Below are positions 22,291 through 33,613 of a stretch of DNA of 64,000 nucleotides, one piece after another; positions within the stretch are counted from its first letter, which is position 1, and each line of letters opens with the position of its first letter. Source of the stretch: Diplonema japonicum (Eukaryota; Protista; Euglenozoa: Diplonemea). A program made the translations under genes and the position numbers. The notes below the pieces were generated by a model, which did no database searches, had not been told where the DNA came from, and worked only from the letters and a program-made list of their open reading frames with translations. The stretch lies in assembly GCA_964019335.1 (NCBI GenBank), contig OZ025689.1:372001-436000 (forward strand), in the 5' to 3' direction.

Positions 22291-24001
22291 TCACGAGGGG
22301 GGCGGTTCGCTGTCCTGTAAAATGTTGCCATTCATTGTTTGTTGTATACCTTCACAAAAGGAGGGAGAGAGGCCGAAGGGCTATAGTCGGGAGGATGCTG
22401 CTGGGGTGTGGGTGGGAGGTAACGCCACGGTGACAACGAGCGGATGCCTGTGAAATATTCATTTTTTAATGATGCAAACGCATACGCGTGGGGGTCTGCT
22501 CACCCACTTTGTAGTCAGGGGTGATGCTTTCCACTGCATGTATCTCTGGGGATACCAGTTTTTTCCCAAGCCCCCGTAGCCCTGATTCTATTCCCTGTGA
22601 CAGTGCCTCGTACTCAAGGTCTACAGTTTCTTCGTAACGAGTGCTGGGGTTGGGTGTCCTGGTGTTCGTAGGCGACAAAACAACGTCCAACGTGCGGTCC
22701 TGCGGTGTCGACATGGCACCATGCGACAGTTGGATCGCCTTCCGCAGGTCGTAGTTTTCCTTGGTGAGCACCTGGCACCTCTCACGCAGCTCGTTCGTAT
22801 TGCTACGGTAGTCCTCAAAGGCCTGCGTATAGATTTCCGTCTTCTCTTTGTTCGCCTTCTGTGCCTCCAGCAGCGCGTCCCGTTCCCCCTCCAACGCCTG
22901 CACGGTTTTCATCAGCTGCGACACTCTTGCGTGGTGCACGTCTCGTGTCTCCGCTTCTCGTTTTTTAATATCGCCCACCATCTGCGCTAGAGAAGCCACC
23001 TGTTCGCTCATCTCCCTCCGCTTCTTTTCGATGCTCTCGGTGACTTCGTTTGGGGCCACGTTCTTCATAAGCTCCTCTAGAGACATCACCATGTCGCCAT
23101 CTTCATTCACTTGCATGCCTTGCGGTCTGCTGCCCGAGGCATTGCGCACTGGCGTCATGTCACCGTACCCATCCTCCATGTCTAGCTTGCTCGATGCAAT
23201 CGATGTTGCTCTGCCTAGCATCCACCGCTCGCCCCTTAGTGCTGTGGCTAGAGGGCCGTGGCTGGGGAGGTCTTCTGTTGCGTTGAGGGCCAGCGTGGAG
23301 AGCCTGCATGCAACGCGTGTCTGGAAGTTCCCGATAGCGTTGAAAGCCTCGATCTGATACCCCATGTGGCGCAGGGCGAGCAGCAAGGGGCCGCCTTTGC
23401 CGTCGGATGGCTTCACGATTTTGGTCTCCTGCCGCCATTGCTTGAGATCGGTCCAGAGGTTCTGGATCATGGCAGTATACTCCTCAAGGTCGCGTGCTGC
23501 GTTGTCGCGCATCATGTCATCGTTCTCATTAGGGTACAGGTTAGGGAGGATGGAGGGCTCGCGGGCTGCAGGCGGTGGCGTAACAGGTGAAGGGGAGGTC
23601 TCTTCTTGCATCCAAGCCGGTACAGTCGCCATTGTAGGGCGTCGTGACTGTGCAGCAGCTGAAGCAGGGCGGACCGACCCAGCAAGGGACGCCTCCCCCC
23701 CTGTCACCCATGTCTCCGCCTCGCTTGTCACCTTTTCATCCTCCTTCATCACAGAGCTCCGTCTCATTACTTCTAGCAGTTCGAGGCTTTTCCCCCTCTT
23801 CGAACCCACCGGTGATGGTGTTCCGGTCGAGCCATCACTCACTTTGTTCCCAAAGCTGAACCCTTCTAGTATCTTCATCTCTGCAGGGGCTGCTCGCATC
23901 GACTCTTCAGGTGCCCTCACGACGTACTTCCCGCCAATGTCCCCTAACGACTCCACTATCATCTTGTTGCTGTCTTCCGTGCTTAGAACTTGTGCCTGCA
24001 T
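22291..24001 (-). CDS. Hypothetical coiled-coil protein, 3 exons
   Basis: ATG at 24001 after a pyrimidine tract and CAG. Introns 22485-22448 (GTATGC...CACAG) and 22349-22315 (GTATAC...TACAG) extend the frame to ...FVK|DSEPPPS*. Confidence 0.75.
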
Positions 24002-24271
24002 CGCATCGTGTTTCCCCCCTGCGGGCAGCGGTGATGGCGGAGGAGACAAAAAGAAGAAGAAAAAAAAAAAAAAACAACAACAAAACTAGACACAAGAAGA
24101 GAAAAAAAAGAAGAAAAAAGAAAAAACAGGAAAGGGGTGGGAGGTACAATTTGGAGGAAAAAAAAAAAAAAAAAGGAAAAAAAAAAAAAAAAAAAAAAAA
24201 CAACCAATCTAATTTTCCTTTCTTTTTTTTTATATTCACAAGGATCACTTTTCTTTTTCTTTTTTGAAACT

Positions 24272-25522
24272 TTAGAGGTCACCGATATTAGAGTCCGGTG
24301 AGAGCTCTGTCGGGGACTGGGATTGCGCGGGGAAAAGGGTGTGTGCCGAAGCATATGTGTTAGAAGGGGGAGAAGGGTGAGCCAAAGAAAAAAGGCGGGT
24401 GGGTGTGAACATGTCAGAGGGGGCCTTCATCCGCAGCGCCGCTTCGCGTTCAGAAAGCTCCCGCTTCAGTCTGTCGATAGCACGCTGCTCCATGTCGTTC
24501 AGCTTGACCTCTGTAATGGACAGCTGCGCCCGCATGTCCTCTACCTGCTTCTCACGGAGCCGCACCTCGCTTTCGTGCTTCTCGATTTGCAGCTGCCGTT
24601 CTTCAAGGTCTCTTTGGAGCCTTTTGATTTGCAGTTGGTCTTCTTGCCGTTTGGTTTCAAAGAGGTGGAGGCTGTCTTCGAGGGCTTTCCATCTCTCTTC
24701 AAGTTCTTTTTTGCTTTTCTCTTCTGCGAATCTAACAGCACGCTCCCTGTCGTCGAGAGAGAGGATTCTGTCTTTCTCGCAGTTCTCTGCGGTGTGGAGC
24801 GCAGCGTTGCGTTCCGCGTGGTCTTTTTCCCTGACCTCGAAGGTTCGTTCCCGTGTCTCGATTTCCTTCCCCCTTGCGATGAGGTCCGCTTCTCGCTGCA
24901 GAATCTGCCGGCTGCGCTCTGAGATGTCCTTATCGATCTGGTCGAGGTTCGCTGCCCGTTCGTCCAGCTCCTTCCTCATGCGAAGGTTATTCTCGTCCAT
25001 GCGGAACATTTCTTGTTCTTGAAGTTTGATCTTCGCCTGCAGCTTCCTCTCCAATTCCTGTACCTTGTCCTGCATCGCCTCCGTTTTGGTCTGCATGTCA
25101 CGCTCCTTTTCGTCCAGATACTTCAGCCTCTCCAAACCACCTTGTTCTTGTTTCATGGTCTTTTCCTCCAGCGCTCTTTCCCTCACCCTGAGAGCCTGTT
25201 CCTGGCCATCCAAAGCTGCGGCTGTCGGGTTTGCCGCCCTCCCTGTAGTGGCCTGCCGTTCGCTTTCATCGTCCTCTGCGATTTGTTGCAGCTCTCTGGA
25301 GAGATTTTTTTTTCTTTTTTTTTTTTTTTTCGTTGGCATACTTTCTTTCCCTCTCAACAGCTTCTTTTAGCTCTTTCAGCCGCATGGTCCGTGCTTGTTT
25401 GAAAGCCTCGACCTGTGCCTGTAATGGTGTTATGATTTATTGAAGCGAGAGAAATCTTTTTTAAAACATACCATCATGTGCACAGGCTCCTGCGTCGTTG
25501 CCATTTCTTCCACAAAATTCAT
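24272..25522 (-). CDS. Hypothetical E/R/K-rich coiled-coil protein, 3 exons
   Basis: MNFVEEM...HMM|AQVEAF...ERERK|ELQQI via introns 25471-25419 and 25341-25296; total 384 codons in frame. Confidence 0.78.
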
Positions 25523-25624
25523 TTTTCACCACCCACCCCCCGACCTCTGAAGAAAAGTAATAATAATGTGGGAGAGAAAAAAAAAGAAAAAGAAAAACAC
25601 CCTTCTCCAAAGCCACTACACCTC

Positions 25625-27943
25625 CTACCCCACACGCTTTTTCTTCTTTGGTCGCTCGGCTTCTGACGGGTCAAGATAGGATAAAACGTCAGTTGCCGAC
25701 AGAAGGGAGCGGCCCATTTCTTCGTCGAGATTGGCAGGCTGTGCCATGTTGGTAAGCCACTGGCCGGCCATGTTGACGGCCACGTCTGCGGATATATTGA
25801 CATGAGTGGGACGGTCAAGACCAGCTTCTTGAATCCATGAAGGAAGCATCCCGCGTTCTGCCTGGAACCGTCTGTCTGCTAGGATCATGAGGCCGTAGTC
25901 TTTTTTGTTACGGAGCACACGGCCCATGCACTGGGAGGTTTGCCTCATGGCGTCAAAGGTTCTGTACTTCTTGGCGGGGATCTGCTTGTTCTCCTCCAAC
26001 CAGTTCAACCTAGCTTGCAAAGCCTGGTCGTCTGGTGGTAGGTAGGGAACTCCAAACACGACAACGGCCCGACCGTAGTGACCGTCGAAGTCAATGCCCT
26101 CCGCAACCTTCCCTCGTGCGATGGATAGGAATAGACCGCCGCGGCCAACGTCGCAAGCTTTACGATAGTTCGACAGGGCTGCTTCGGTTTCAGAGATTGA
26201 TTTTGTTTCAACAAATACAAGCTTTTCATTTGTCAGATCTGACAAGATGCCGGAGCCTTCCCACGCGCTCACCACCTCCTCCATGTACCTGTACGAAGTG
26301 AAGAAGCACACAATGCCGTCCGGCACCGTCTGGCAAAGCTCCAACAGAAACGACCCGTAGTTTCGAACAACTGCCTCGTTCATGTTGGATATACGAGTTT
26401 TGTACGATGTGGAGAGAACCGATTCTGTCGATTCGTCAAGGCTTTGTTGGTCAGCACCTCTTGTTACAATCAATGGGAAGGCGCATTGTCTGACCATTGT
26501 CATGTTCAGTGATTTGCTGACAACTGGTGTGAACCCCAACATGCTGGAATACATGTCTAGCGGGGACAATGTCCCGCTTGTTAATATCACGTTTCTATAT
26601 TTTGCAAACACGCCACGCATTGCGATGGATGCGTCGCAGCACACTAACGAGTAGGCGGAGTCCCAATGCGTGTTCGATGCTGTTGCTTCTTCGGGTTCCG
26701 TGACAACAGAGAAGCCTTCTTCTGAGTACGTTGCCATCGTTGTTACAAGATGCGAGATTAGCTGCAGGTCTCTGAATGTTTCGGGAACCTCGTGGAGCGT
26801 TCGAAGGAGGACTTGCAGCCTGCTTTGGCAGAATGACAGTTGTTTCGTGGTTATAAGGACCTGATCTTGAATACCTCTGAGAGAGTCCTTCGGGGTCTGT
26901 ACCTCAATGCGTGTTGTTTTCCTGTTGAATCGTTCTGTGAAGAATTCGACTAAGCGCTTCAGCATGCCGACGAAATGTTCAGCTTTCCGCATGTTTCCGG
27001 GAACCGGTTCAAGTGCAGCGGAGTTGTTCGTACCCTCGCCTGCGTTGAGGTTGTCCTTCACAAGATTAGAATATTCGTGGTCGAGAAGAGTCGTACTGCG
27101 TTGCCGGGCACGCTTCACAACACGCTGCAGGTTTTTGATTTGATCCCTCGCACGTCGGACTGAACCCTTCGTCACCGTGAAGCTAAGCGATTCCATGCAA
27201 ATATTATCAATGTTATGTGCCTCATCGAACATCACAACACTGCTCGCTGGAAAAGATTCCGTGATGTGCTCCGCTACCTTTGCGTCAATAATGTAAGGGT
27301 ATGACATTACTACCACATCTGAGTACTCCAAAGCCCATCTTGCCAACCAATAAGGACAGTGGCCCTTTAAGCTTCCGTGTGATGTCAAGTTGTCTAATGT
27401 GTAAACGCCCTTTGGAAGTGGGTTCGACGCTGCAGCATCTGCCGTTGCTTGATCGAAGTACTGGCAACGCGGGCCTTTGATATCCTCGATATCCGGTAGT
27501 TCTCCCTCAAGATCTTCCATTACTGCGGTTCTTTTGAAGCATTCCGCGTCGATTTCCGATGCGGTCTGTTTAACAACGACTTCTTTGTTGATGCAAAGAG
27601 TTTTTCTTGCAGCGAGGCCGACACCTAGTAATGGGCATTCTTCAAGGTTTGTGGTTTGCATGATGTATTTGACAAGCTTCTCCAGTTCCTCTAGAACCTT
27701 ATCGAGCTCGTGGGTGGTTCGTGTGCAGTACACGATTTTCCCCACGTCGTTTTTGTGCTGCAGCTTCCAGCTCACCAAGATGCTCAGAATAGAAATCGTC
27801 TTACCTGTCCCGCAAGGCATCTCGATCAACCCATGCCCGCCTCCTTTAAGCATCGTAGCAACCTGACTCATAAACGCCACTTGTTCTGGGTACACTGTCT
27901 CATAAGGAAATATTACGTCGAGGCCCTTCAGTGGGATGATCAT
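25625..27943 (-). CDS. XPD: TFIIH/NER helicase XPD (Rad3/ERCC2)
   Basis: FPYETVYPEQ, EMPCGTGKT, four Fe-S cysteines (LCIN, ECF, RCQYF, HCPY), DEAHNID, RGKVAEGIDF, QCMGRVLR. Start at MIIPLKG. Confidence 0.95.
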   Translation of the reverse strand: MIIPLKGLDVIFPYETVYPEQVAFMSQVATMLKGGGHGLIEMPCGTGKTISILSILVSWKLQHKNDVGKIVYCTRTTHELDKVLEELEKLVKYIMQTTNLEECPLLGVGLAARKTLCINKEVVVKQTASEIDAECFKRTAVMEDLEGELPDIEDIKGPRCQYFDQATADAAASNPLPKGVYTLDNLTSHGSLKGHCPYWLARWALEYSDVVVMSYPYIIDAKVAEHITESFPASSVVMFDEAHNIDNICMESLSFTVTKGSVRRARDQIKNLQRVVKRARQRSTTLLDHEYSNLVKDNLNAGEGTNNSAALEPVPGNMRKAEHFVGMLKRLVEFFTERFNRKTTRIEVQTPKDSLRGIQDQVLITTKQLSFCQSRLQVLLRTLHEVPETFRDLQLISHLVTTMATYSEEGFSVVTEPEEATASNTHWDSAYSLVCCDASIAMRGVFAKYRNVILTSGTLSPLDMYSSMLGFTPVVSKSLNMTMVRQCAFPLIVTRGADQQSLDESTESVLSTSYKTRISNMNEAVVRNYGSFLLELCQTVPDGIVCFFTSYRYMEEVVSAWEGSGILSDLTNEKLVFVETKSISETEAALSNYRKACDVGRGGLFLSIARGKVAEGIDFDGHYGRAVVVFGVPYLPPDDQALQARLNWLEENKQIPAKKYRTFDAMRQTSQCMGRVLRNKKDYGLMILADRRFQAERGMLPSWIQEAGLDRPTHVNISADVAVNMAGQWLTNMAQPANLDEEMGRSLLSATDVLSYLDPSEAERPKKKKRVG

Positions 27944-28539
27944 CTTTTTTTTTTTTTTTTTTTTTTTCCCCCTTCCCTCCCACACTTTTTTTTTTTCTTT
28001 TTTTTTTTACTCCAGAAAAAAAAAAATTGAAAAAAGAAAACAGGGGAGGGGAGGATTGAAGAAGAAGAAGAAAAAAAAGAGTTTGGATCAACCTCCAAGA
28101 AAAAAAAGCAAAAAAAAAAAAATCTAATACGCCTCTTTCTTTTTCTCTCTTCCGGTGTGTTCGGGAAGGAGGGGACAAGGTGTGGGGGATTAAAAGAGAA
28201 AGGATGTCTTTTTTTTTTTCTTCCCAAACGCGAAGCGAAAAAAAAATGCAGCTTTTGTACTCATTAACCCCCCCCCCCCCCCCCCCACCCTTTCCTGCGA
28301 TGCGACCATCCTTTTCTAGAATTCTCATCTCACGCCTCTTTCTGATCGTGTTGCAAAAAAAAAAAAAAAAAAAAAAAGGTTTCAAGTATTGTCTGTTCTT
28401 TCTTTCTTCGGGGAGAGAAAGCAAGTCAAAAAAAATGCCCAGAGGGGGGGATATGCGGGGGGATAAGTGGGTTAAAACACACAAGTTAAAAAAAGAAAAA
28501 GGATAAAAAAAAGAAAAATGATAATTATGGAGTGCAAAT

Positions 28540-30230
28540 CTATGGGAAAACGACACGCTGGGGGGTGCGGACCGAATCGCAGGGAAGGGGGAAGTGCAGG
28601 GTATCAAGGGACTGCTTCACATCTTCTATGCTAAAAACGGCAGAACGCAAAACAGAGATATTATCCGTGTCTAGAGTCATGCTGTAGAGCTCTAAGAAAA
28701 CCTTAAGGGCCGTGGTCATCTCATACATCATGGTCAGACACTCTCTAAGTGATTCAGTCATCTGGATTTTACAGTTCACATAAGTACCATAGACTTCGTT
28801 CTCCTCCTCAGAGAGGGCAGCTATAGACAGGTGTCTAGTCCTGTTTTGTTTCAATTTCTCAGCCACAGATTCTAGCACGTCCTTGTGCACCATTGCCATT
28901 CTAAGGTGCTCCCTGCGTACTTCCTCTTGCTTCCTCTTCCACCCTTCTTCGTTCCCTGTCTTTTCCGCTCGCAATGCAGCTTTCACTTGATCTATTTCCA
29001 TGTCCAGTTTCCCCCTTTGTTCAACGGCGTCCTTCCTTTCCTTCGTTGCTATCTCCAAGCCCTCCTTCAAGCTTTTGATCTCCTTGTTCAAGTCCCTGAT
29101 GAACTTGTCGTCAGCCTCCACTCTGCGTCTGTACCCGAGCATCTCCTCTTCAATCTCAGATTTTTCCCTCTTCAGGTCCTCCACCTGTTCCTTTAGCTTA
29201 AGCGTCTCAAGCTCTTCCTCTAGATTCGTCACTAGTTTCATCTCCAGTTCCGTGCTTGCTTCTCTCATGACATCCTTCTCTTTCTCCAGCTCTCCCAGTT
29301 TCTCTTCCATCTCCTTCAACTGTTTCTTCGGGGTCTCCCTCTCGACTGGCTTTGCTTGCTCCAGCTTCTTGATTGTTTGCTCCTGTGAAATGGTATTAAA
29401 CTGTATGCTATGGCCCATACCAACTCTTGGATTTGTGTCTTTAAGTTTTTGATCTCCCGGTTGAAGGTCTGCTTCTCGCGCCCCGCGTCGTCAGCGGCCT
29501 TCTTCTTCTCGTCGGTGAGCGTCTGTCGTTGCTTTTCGAAGGATGTCTGCAGTATCTGCATTTCCTTCTCTTGATTAGTCTTCAGAGCGGTCTTCTCCGT
29601 TTCGTGCTTCTCGACAAGCGCCTTCTTGTGCGTGTCGGCAATGAGCTTCATGTCGTTGCGCTCCTGGTCGAAGGCAGCACGCTCCGTTTCGAGCTGTATC
29701 TTGAGCTTGTTCACCTCCGCCTCGAGGGCGAGGGTGTTGGTGTGGTCCACGTTTTCATCATAAATGAGCACGTCTGTGGACGTGGACGGCGAGAGGAGGA
29801 CGTTAACAGTGTCGGCCATTGTGAGGGGTGATGCTGTGGAAGGGTCTGCTGTGGGAGCAGTTGGGGGCTCCAAGGGACACGAGGGTGCATCGGGAGGCGT
29901 GCTCACAGCAGGCAGCAGAACAGGCGACTCGCCCTTCCTGCTAGCATACCCCATCACACAGGTGAAGAATACCACCCACACCCCGACACCTATCTCAACA
30001 CCAAGATGCTCATCGGCATGCGCCCCCGCCGAGATCAACAACGCAAGCATCACACTGCACAGAACCCACCACTCCATCCGAGGCATTTCCCAGGTTCTCG
30101 GTTCGATCGCGACTTTAACAAATTCCTTTTCTTCTTCAGGAATATCCTTGGGTGCATCTTTAGGAGCCTGCAGCGCAGCAGGGCTAGGTCCTTGCCGGGC
30201 TTGGCTCTTCTTTGAAGCTTTCTTACCCAT
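28540..30230 (-). CDS. Two-TM membrane protein with long C-terminal coiled coil, 2 exons
   Basis: ORFs 29316-30290 and 28540-29418 are joined by a 38-nt intron 29420-29383 (GTATGG...TCACAG), giving QEL|EQTIKK. Confidence 0.78.
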
Positions 30231-30286
30231 GGTCCTGGTGTGGGGTGGTAATGGAAATGGGTGGGTGGGGGGGGGGGGGAATAATT

Positions 30287-30748
30287 TCATTTCACAAGTT
30301 CTACGACTTTTTCCGCCTGCTCGAGGATGGCGTCGGTTACAACAAGCTTCCCGTCTTCTTCACACAGCTGGCAGGCTTCTTCTATGTTGAGGGCGTCACG
30401 CAGACGTTTATTACGCTTCTCCATCTTCAGGTACAGCACGCTACTCTCACGAATCTGCCTCCGCACGTCTTGGAGCTCTGCCACCGTGAGGTTGTTCTGT
30501 GGTTCGTCTAAGTCCTTCCTGTTCCTTGGTGCAAAGTGCACGTTCATCTCCCTGTCGTCCTTGTCCCTCTCCCTCCCTTTCTCTTTTTCTCTCTGCCTGT
30601 TATTGTCTCTATTATCCCTCCTGTCCCTCTCCCCTCTACTGTTCCTTGGACGGTCATATCTATCTCTATCTCTATCTCTGTCTCTGTCTCTGTCTCTGTC
30701 ACCTCTATCCCTATCCCTGTCTTTGTTTTGCTCTCTGTAATCATTCAT
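30287..30748 (-). CDS. Small RD-repeat, coiled-coil hypothetical protein
   Basis: MNDYREQNKDRDRDRGDRDRDRD..., followed by a globular/coiled segment. Confidence 0.65.
   Translation of the reverse strand: MNDYREQNKDRDRDRGDRDRDRDRDRDRDRYDRPRNSRGERDRRDNRDNNRQREKEKGRERDKDDREMNVHFAPRNRKDLDEPQNNLTVAELQDVRRQIRESSVLYLKMEKRNKRLRDALNIEEACQLCEEDGKLVVTDAILEQAEKVVELVK
30655..30722 (-). repeat. Coding hexamer microsatellite (TCTCTA/TCTCTG)n encoding RD dipeptides
   Basis: Directly visible tandem hexamers. Confidence 0.8.
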
Positions 30749-30943
30749 GTTTCGGTAGCTCTGATTAAAAAGAAAATTACAATCATTTTCCGAAACCCCC
30801 CCAAAAAACATACCCTCCTTGGAGACCTTCTTCTATGGACGACAGGTGAACGCATTTCTTTTTTTTTTTCTCCCCCTTCTAAATCCTTTGTTCTGAAGAA
30901 AAAAAAAAAAAAAAAGGAACAAAAAAAAAAATTGGGACACGGG

Positions 30944-30975
<32 letters not shown>

Positions 30976-31008
30976 AAAAAAATATGGGGAATGATTCAGA
31001 TTTCTTCC

Positions 31009-31896
31009 TCAGAAGAAGTTACGTGGGTGAGCTTGCCTGAACGACTCGCGCTCTATCCGTCGCTGGCGCTGCAGAATAAAAAGCCTGACGAGGAGGAGGA
31101 AGGCGGAGGCTGTTGTGAGACCGCAACATTGAAGGCAACGGACGGCAGGGGTAGGAAAGTAAAAAAAACCCCGTTCGTTGAAGGAGACGACCATGTCGCC
31201 ACGGCCCACGATGACACCCTTCTTACGGATGGGCATCCCGTAGCCAGCGATCGTTGTGGGGGACCCACGGGAAGTAATGGTGACAGCCCCACCATCGACT
31301 GTGGGGACCGCTACACTACCCCCGAGCTTCCTCACATCTATGGTGATGTGAAGATCGTCACCTTTACGAAGATACAGGTCATGGCTTTCTTCTTGAATTG
31401 TTAGAGTAACGCCTTCTTCGTGAAACGTGACTTTTGTTCCGGTTTTCCATCCTCTTTCTACGTTAACTACGACATTGACATCGAAGGTGGAATAGCCGTA
31501 CGCGTCAGATTTGACAAGGTTGAGGTGTTTTGTGCATCCTAACAGCAAGTCTTCAAGACTGACCCATAAGTCTTGCTGTAGGATAATCTGCGTCGGTCTG
31601 AAGAAATCTTCCCCGAAAAAAGACCTGAAGAAACTATCTTCGTAGCCTTCAAAGCCACCGTAGCCGCCGCTCTCTTCACCACGGTCGTACGCCTCTCGTT
31701 TTTCCGGGTCCCCCACCGTGTCGTATGCTCTCGTTATCTCCTTGAACCTTTCTTCTGCGATTTCCTTGTCCTCTTCGGTGCGTTGTCTATCGGGGTGCCA
31801 TTTCATCGCTAGTTTCTTGTACGCTTTCTTGATCTCTTCCTCACTTGCGGTTTCTTCTACGCCGAGTTCTTCATAATATCCATCAGGGTCAGGCAT
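31009..31896 (-). CDS. DnaJ/Hsp40 class II-like co-chaperone with C-terminal hydrophobic segment
   Basis: J-domain (YYEELGV...KWHPD...AYDR), G/F region, C-terminal domain ([15 protein letters not shown]...RGDMVV). Confidence 0.9.
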   Translation of the reverse strand: MPDPDGYYEELGVEETASEEEIKKAYKKLAMKWHPDRQRTEEDKEIAEERFKEITRAYDTVGDPEKREAYDRGEESGGYGGFEGYEDSFFRSFFGEDFFRPTQIILQQDLWVSLEDLLLGCTKHLNLVKSDAYGYSTFDVNVVVNVERGWKTGTKVTFHEEGVTLTIQEESHDLYLRKGDDLHITIDVRKLGGSVAVPTVDGGAVTITSRGSPTTIAGYGMPIRKKGVIVGRGDMVVSFNERGFFYFPTPAVRCLQCCGLTTASAFLLLVRLFILQRQRRIERESFRQAHPRNFF

Positions 31897-32348
31897 ATTT
31901 ATTCTATTTTCCCCTCTCTCTCACTCTCTTCTCCCCCCCCGGCTTAAAAGGGGGTTTTTTTGTGTTCTTTCGACGCATTTCGGGAAACGTAATATCGGAG
32001 AGCAATAATAGACATATACAGAAGTTAAAGGGGAAAAAAAAAAGGGGGGGAAACTCCCAGCAAAGGGATATGGACGATCTTTAAAACGGAAAGAAATCAG
32101 GTTTGCTTTTTTTTACCCCCCCCTTTCCCTCACATTATTCTTCTTATCTTTCTTTCTTTTTTTTTTTTCCTGAACCTGTTCTCATCTTATAGCACTGGTG
32201 TGCAAAAGAAAAAGCAGATGAAGAAAGAATGAAGAAAAGAGAGAGAGAGAGGGAAATCAAAGCACCGGATGATCGACTGAGTATAAAGGGTCCCTGTCGA
32301 AATGGAAAGAAGGAAGAAAAAAAAAAAAAAAAAAAAAAAGAAAGGTCT

Positions 32349-33512
32349 CTAAGTTGAAAACCCGAACAGCAACCGTGTATTAGTGGAAATAGCACCTGCA
32401 AGCTCATCGATGGAGGCAACCGGCGAGTTGTTTACGGTGAGCAACCGCCGGCCCACGAAAGATCTTTTTTTTATTTTTATTTTCATTTTTTTTTTTTTTA
32501 AATTCTCCCGCCCCCCATTAACATACCTCACACCAGCAGAGTCGGCAGGACTATTTGGAACAACGGCCTCTAAGGTCAAATCTGCATTTATCCAAGTACA
32601 CCCCACTGGCTCCGATGTGCCCTTTATCACTACAACCTCATTGACAACAGACGATACTTCTCCTCTGAAGGAGGGTTCAAAACCCCGTGGAACATCCGCA
32701 CTCTCGTATAGCCTGCGTGTTAGAGCCACAGGTCGGGATGGCAGTGCCCCTTGCCCCGCAATGGCCAGCTGCACATCCGACTGATATTTCAAAAGGCTCT
32801 CCAACCGCGAGACGAGGGATTTATATTTCCTATTAGACACAGCGCGCGTGCCCTCCACCTTTGCAACCTTGTCCCATAAATGAAGAACTGTGTCTTCAGC
32901 GTGGGCAGTTGTTGTGAGTATGCCTTCTTCGATTTCAATGAGTCGGCGATAGGTACTTCTGGCCTCCAGACTGCTGTTCTGGCTGACGTCTTCGTATTGT
33001 GATTTCACGCTAGAAAGCTGCATCACCTCCGTCGCAAGGGTGTCGATCCGTGACTGGACCTTCTTTGAAGCTCTTGTCTCGGTGGGGTGTAGTGTAGAGA
33101 AGTCTGCAAAGCCCATCCCTTGTTGGTGTTGCAGTAGCCGGTCCTTCTCTCTTTGAGCGTGTGCCACCACCGCCCTCACTTGATGGATCCGTGCTTCATG
33201 TTCTCGCACCTTTTCCTCAAACACTCTCTTCTCCTCCTCTAACTCTCTCTCCAGCCCGCTTGCCGTCTCGTCCAACCGCGACCGCTCCACCTCCAACACC
33301 CTCTTCTGCTCCAGCACATCTTCCCGCAGTTTGTCCCTGCTCCTCGGCACCTCCCCTAGTTCTCGCAACCTTTCCTGCAAATACTGATATTTCTCTAGAA
33401 CATCCACAGCTTTTCTTTCTATCCGAGAGTCATAGTCTTCTGTTGGTGACTCTGCGGGGGACCTGCTGCGGCCCCAGTCGAACCCAGGGCGGTCTTGGTT
33501 GTACCACGACAT
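32349..33512 (-). CDS. Coiled-coil protein with C-terminal PDZ-like domain, 2 exons
   Basis: Start at MSWYNQD. An in-frame, stop-free 63-nt intron (32526-32464) is translated by the ORF track as YVNGG...KKKK. The spliced product reads SPADSAGVR|SFVGRRLLTVNNSPV, a PDZ-type pattern. Confidence 0.78.
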   Translation of the reverse strand: MSWYNQDRPGFDWGRSRSPAESPTEDYDSRIERKAVDVLEKYQYLQERLRELGEVPRSRDKLREDVLEQKRVLEVERSRLDETASGLERELEEEKRVFEEKVREHEARIHQVRAVVAHAQREKDRLLQHQQGMGFADFSTLHPTETRASKKVQSRIDTLATEVMQLSSVKSQYEDVSQNSSLEARSTYRRLIEIEEGILTTTAHAEDTVLHLWDKVAKVEGTRAVSNRKYKSLVSRLESLLKYQSDVQLAIAGQGALPSRPVALTRRLYESADVPRGFEPSFRGEVSSVVNEVVVIKGTSEPVGCTWINADLTLEAVVPNSPADSAGVRYVNGGRENLKKKKMKIKIKKRSFVGRRLLTVNNSPVASIDELAGAISTNTRLLFGFST

Positions 33513-33613
33513 CTTATTCCCGCCCTGCACGGCGACAGGGGGCGGTCCTGCGAAGGTGGTAAAGAGTCGGCTGGATGCGCCGCCTGAGACAAAAAAAAGG
33601 GGGAGGGGAGAAT

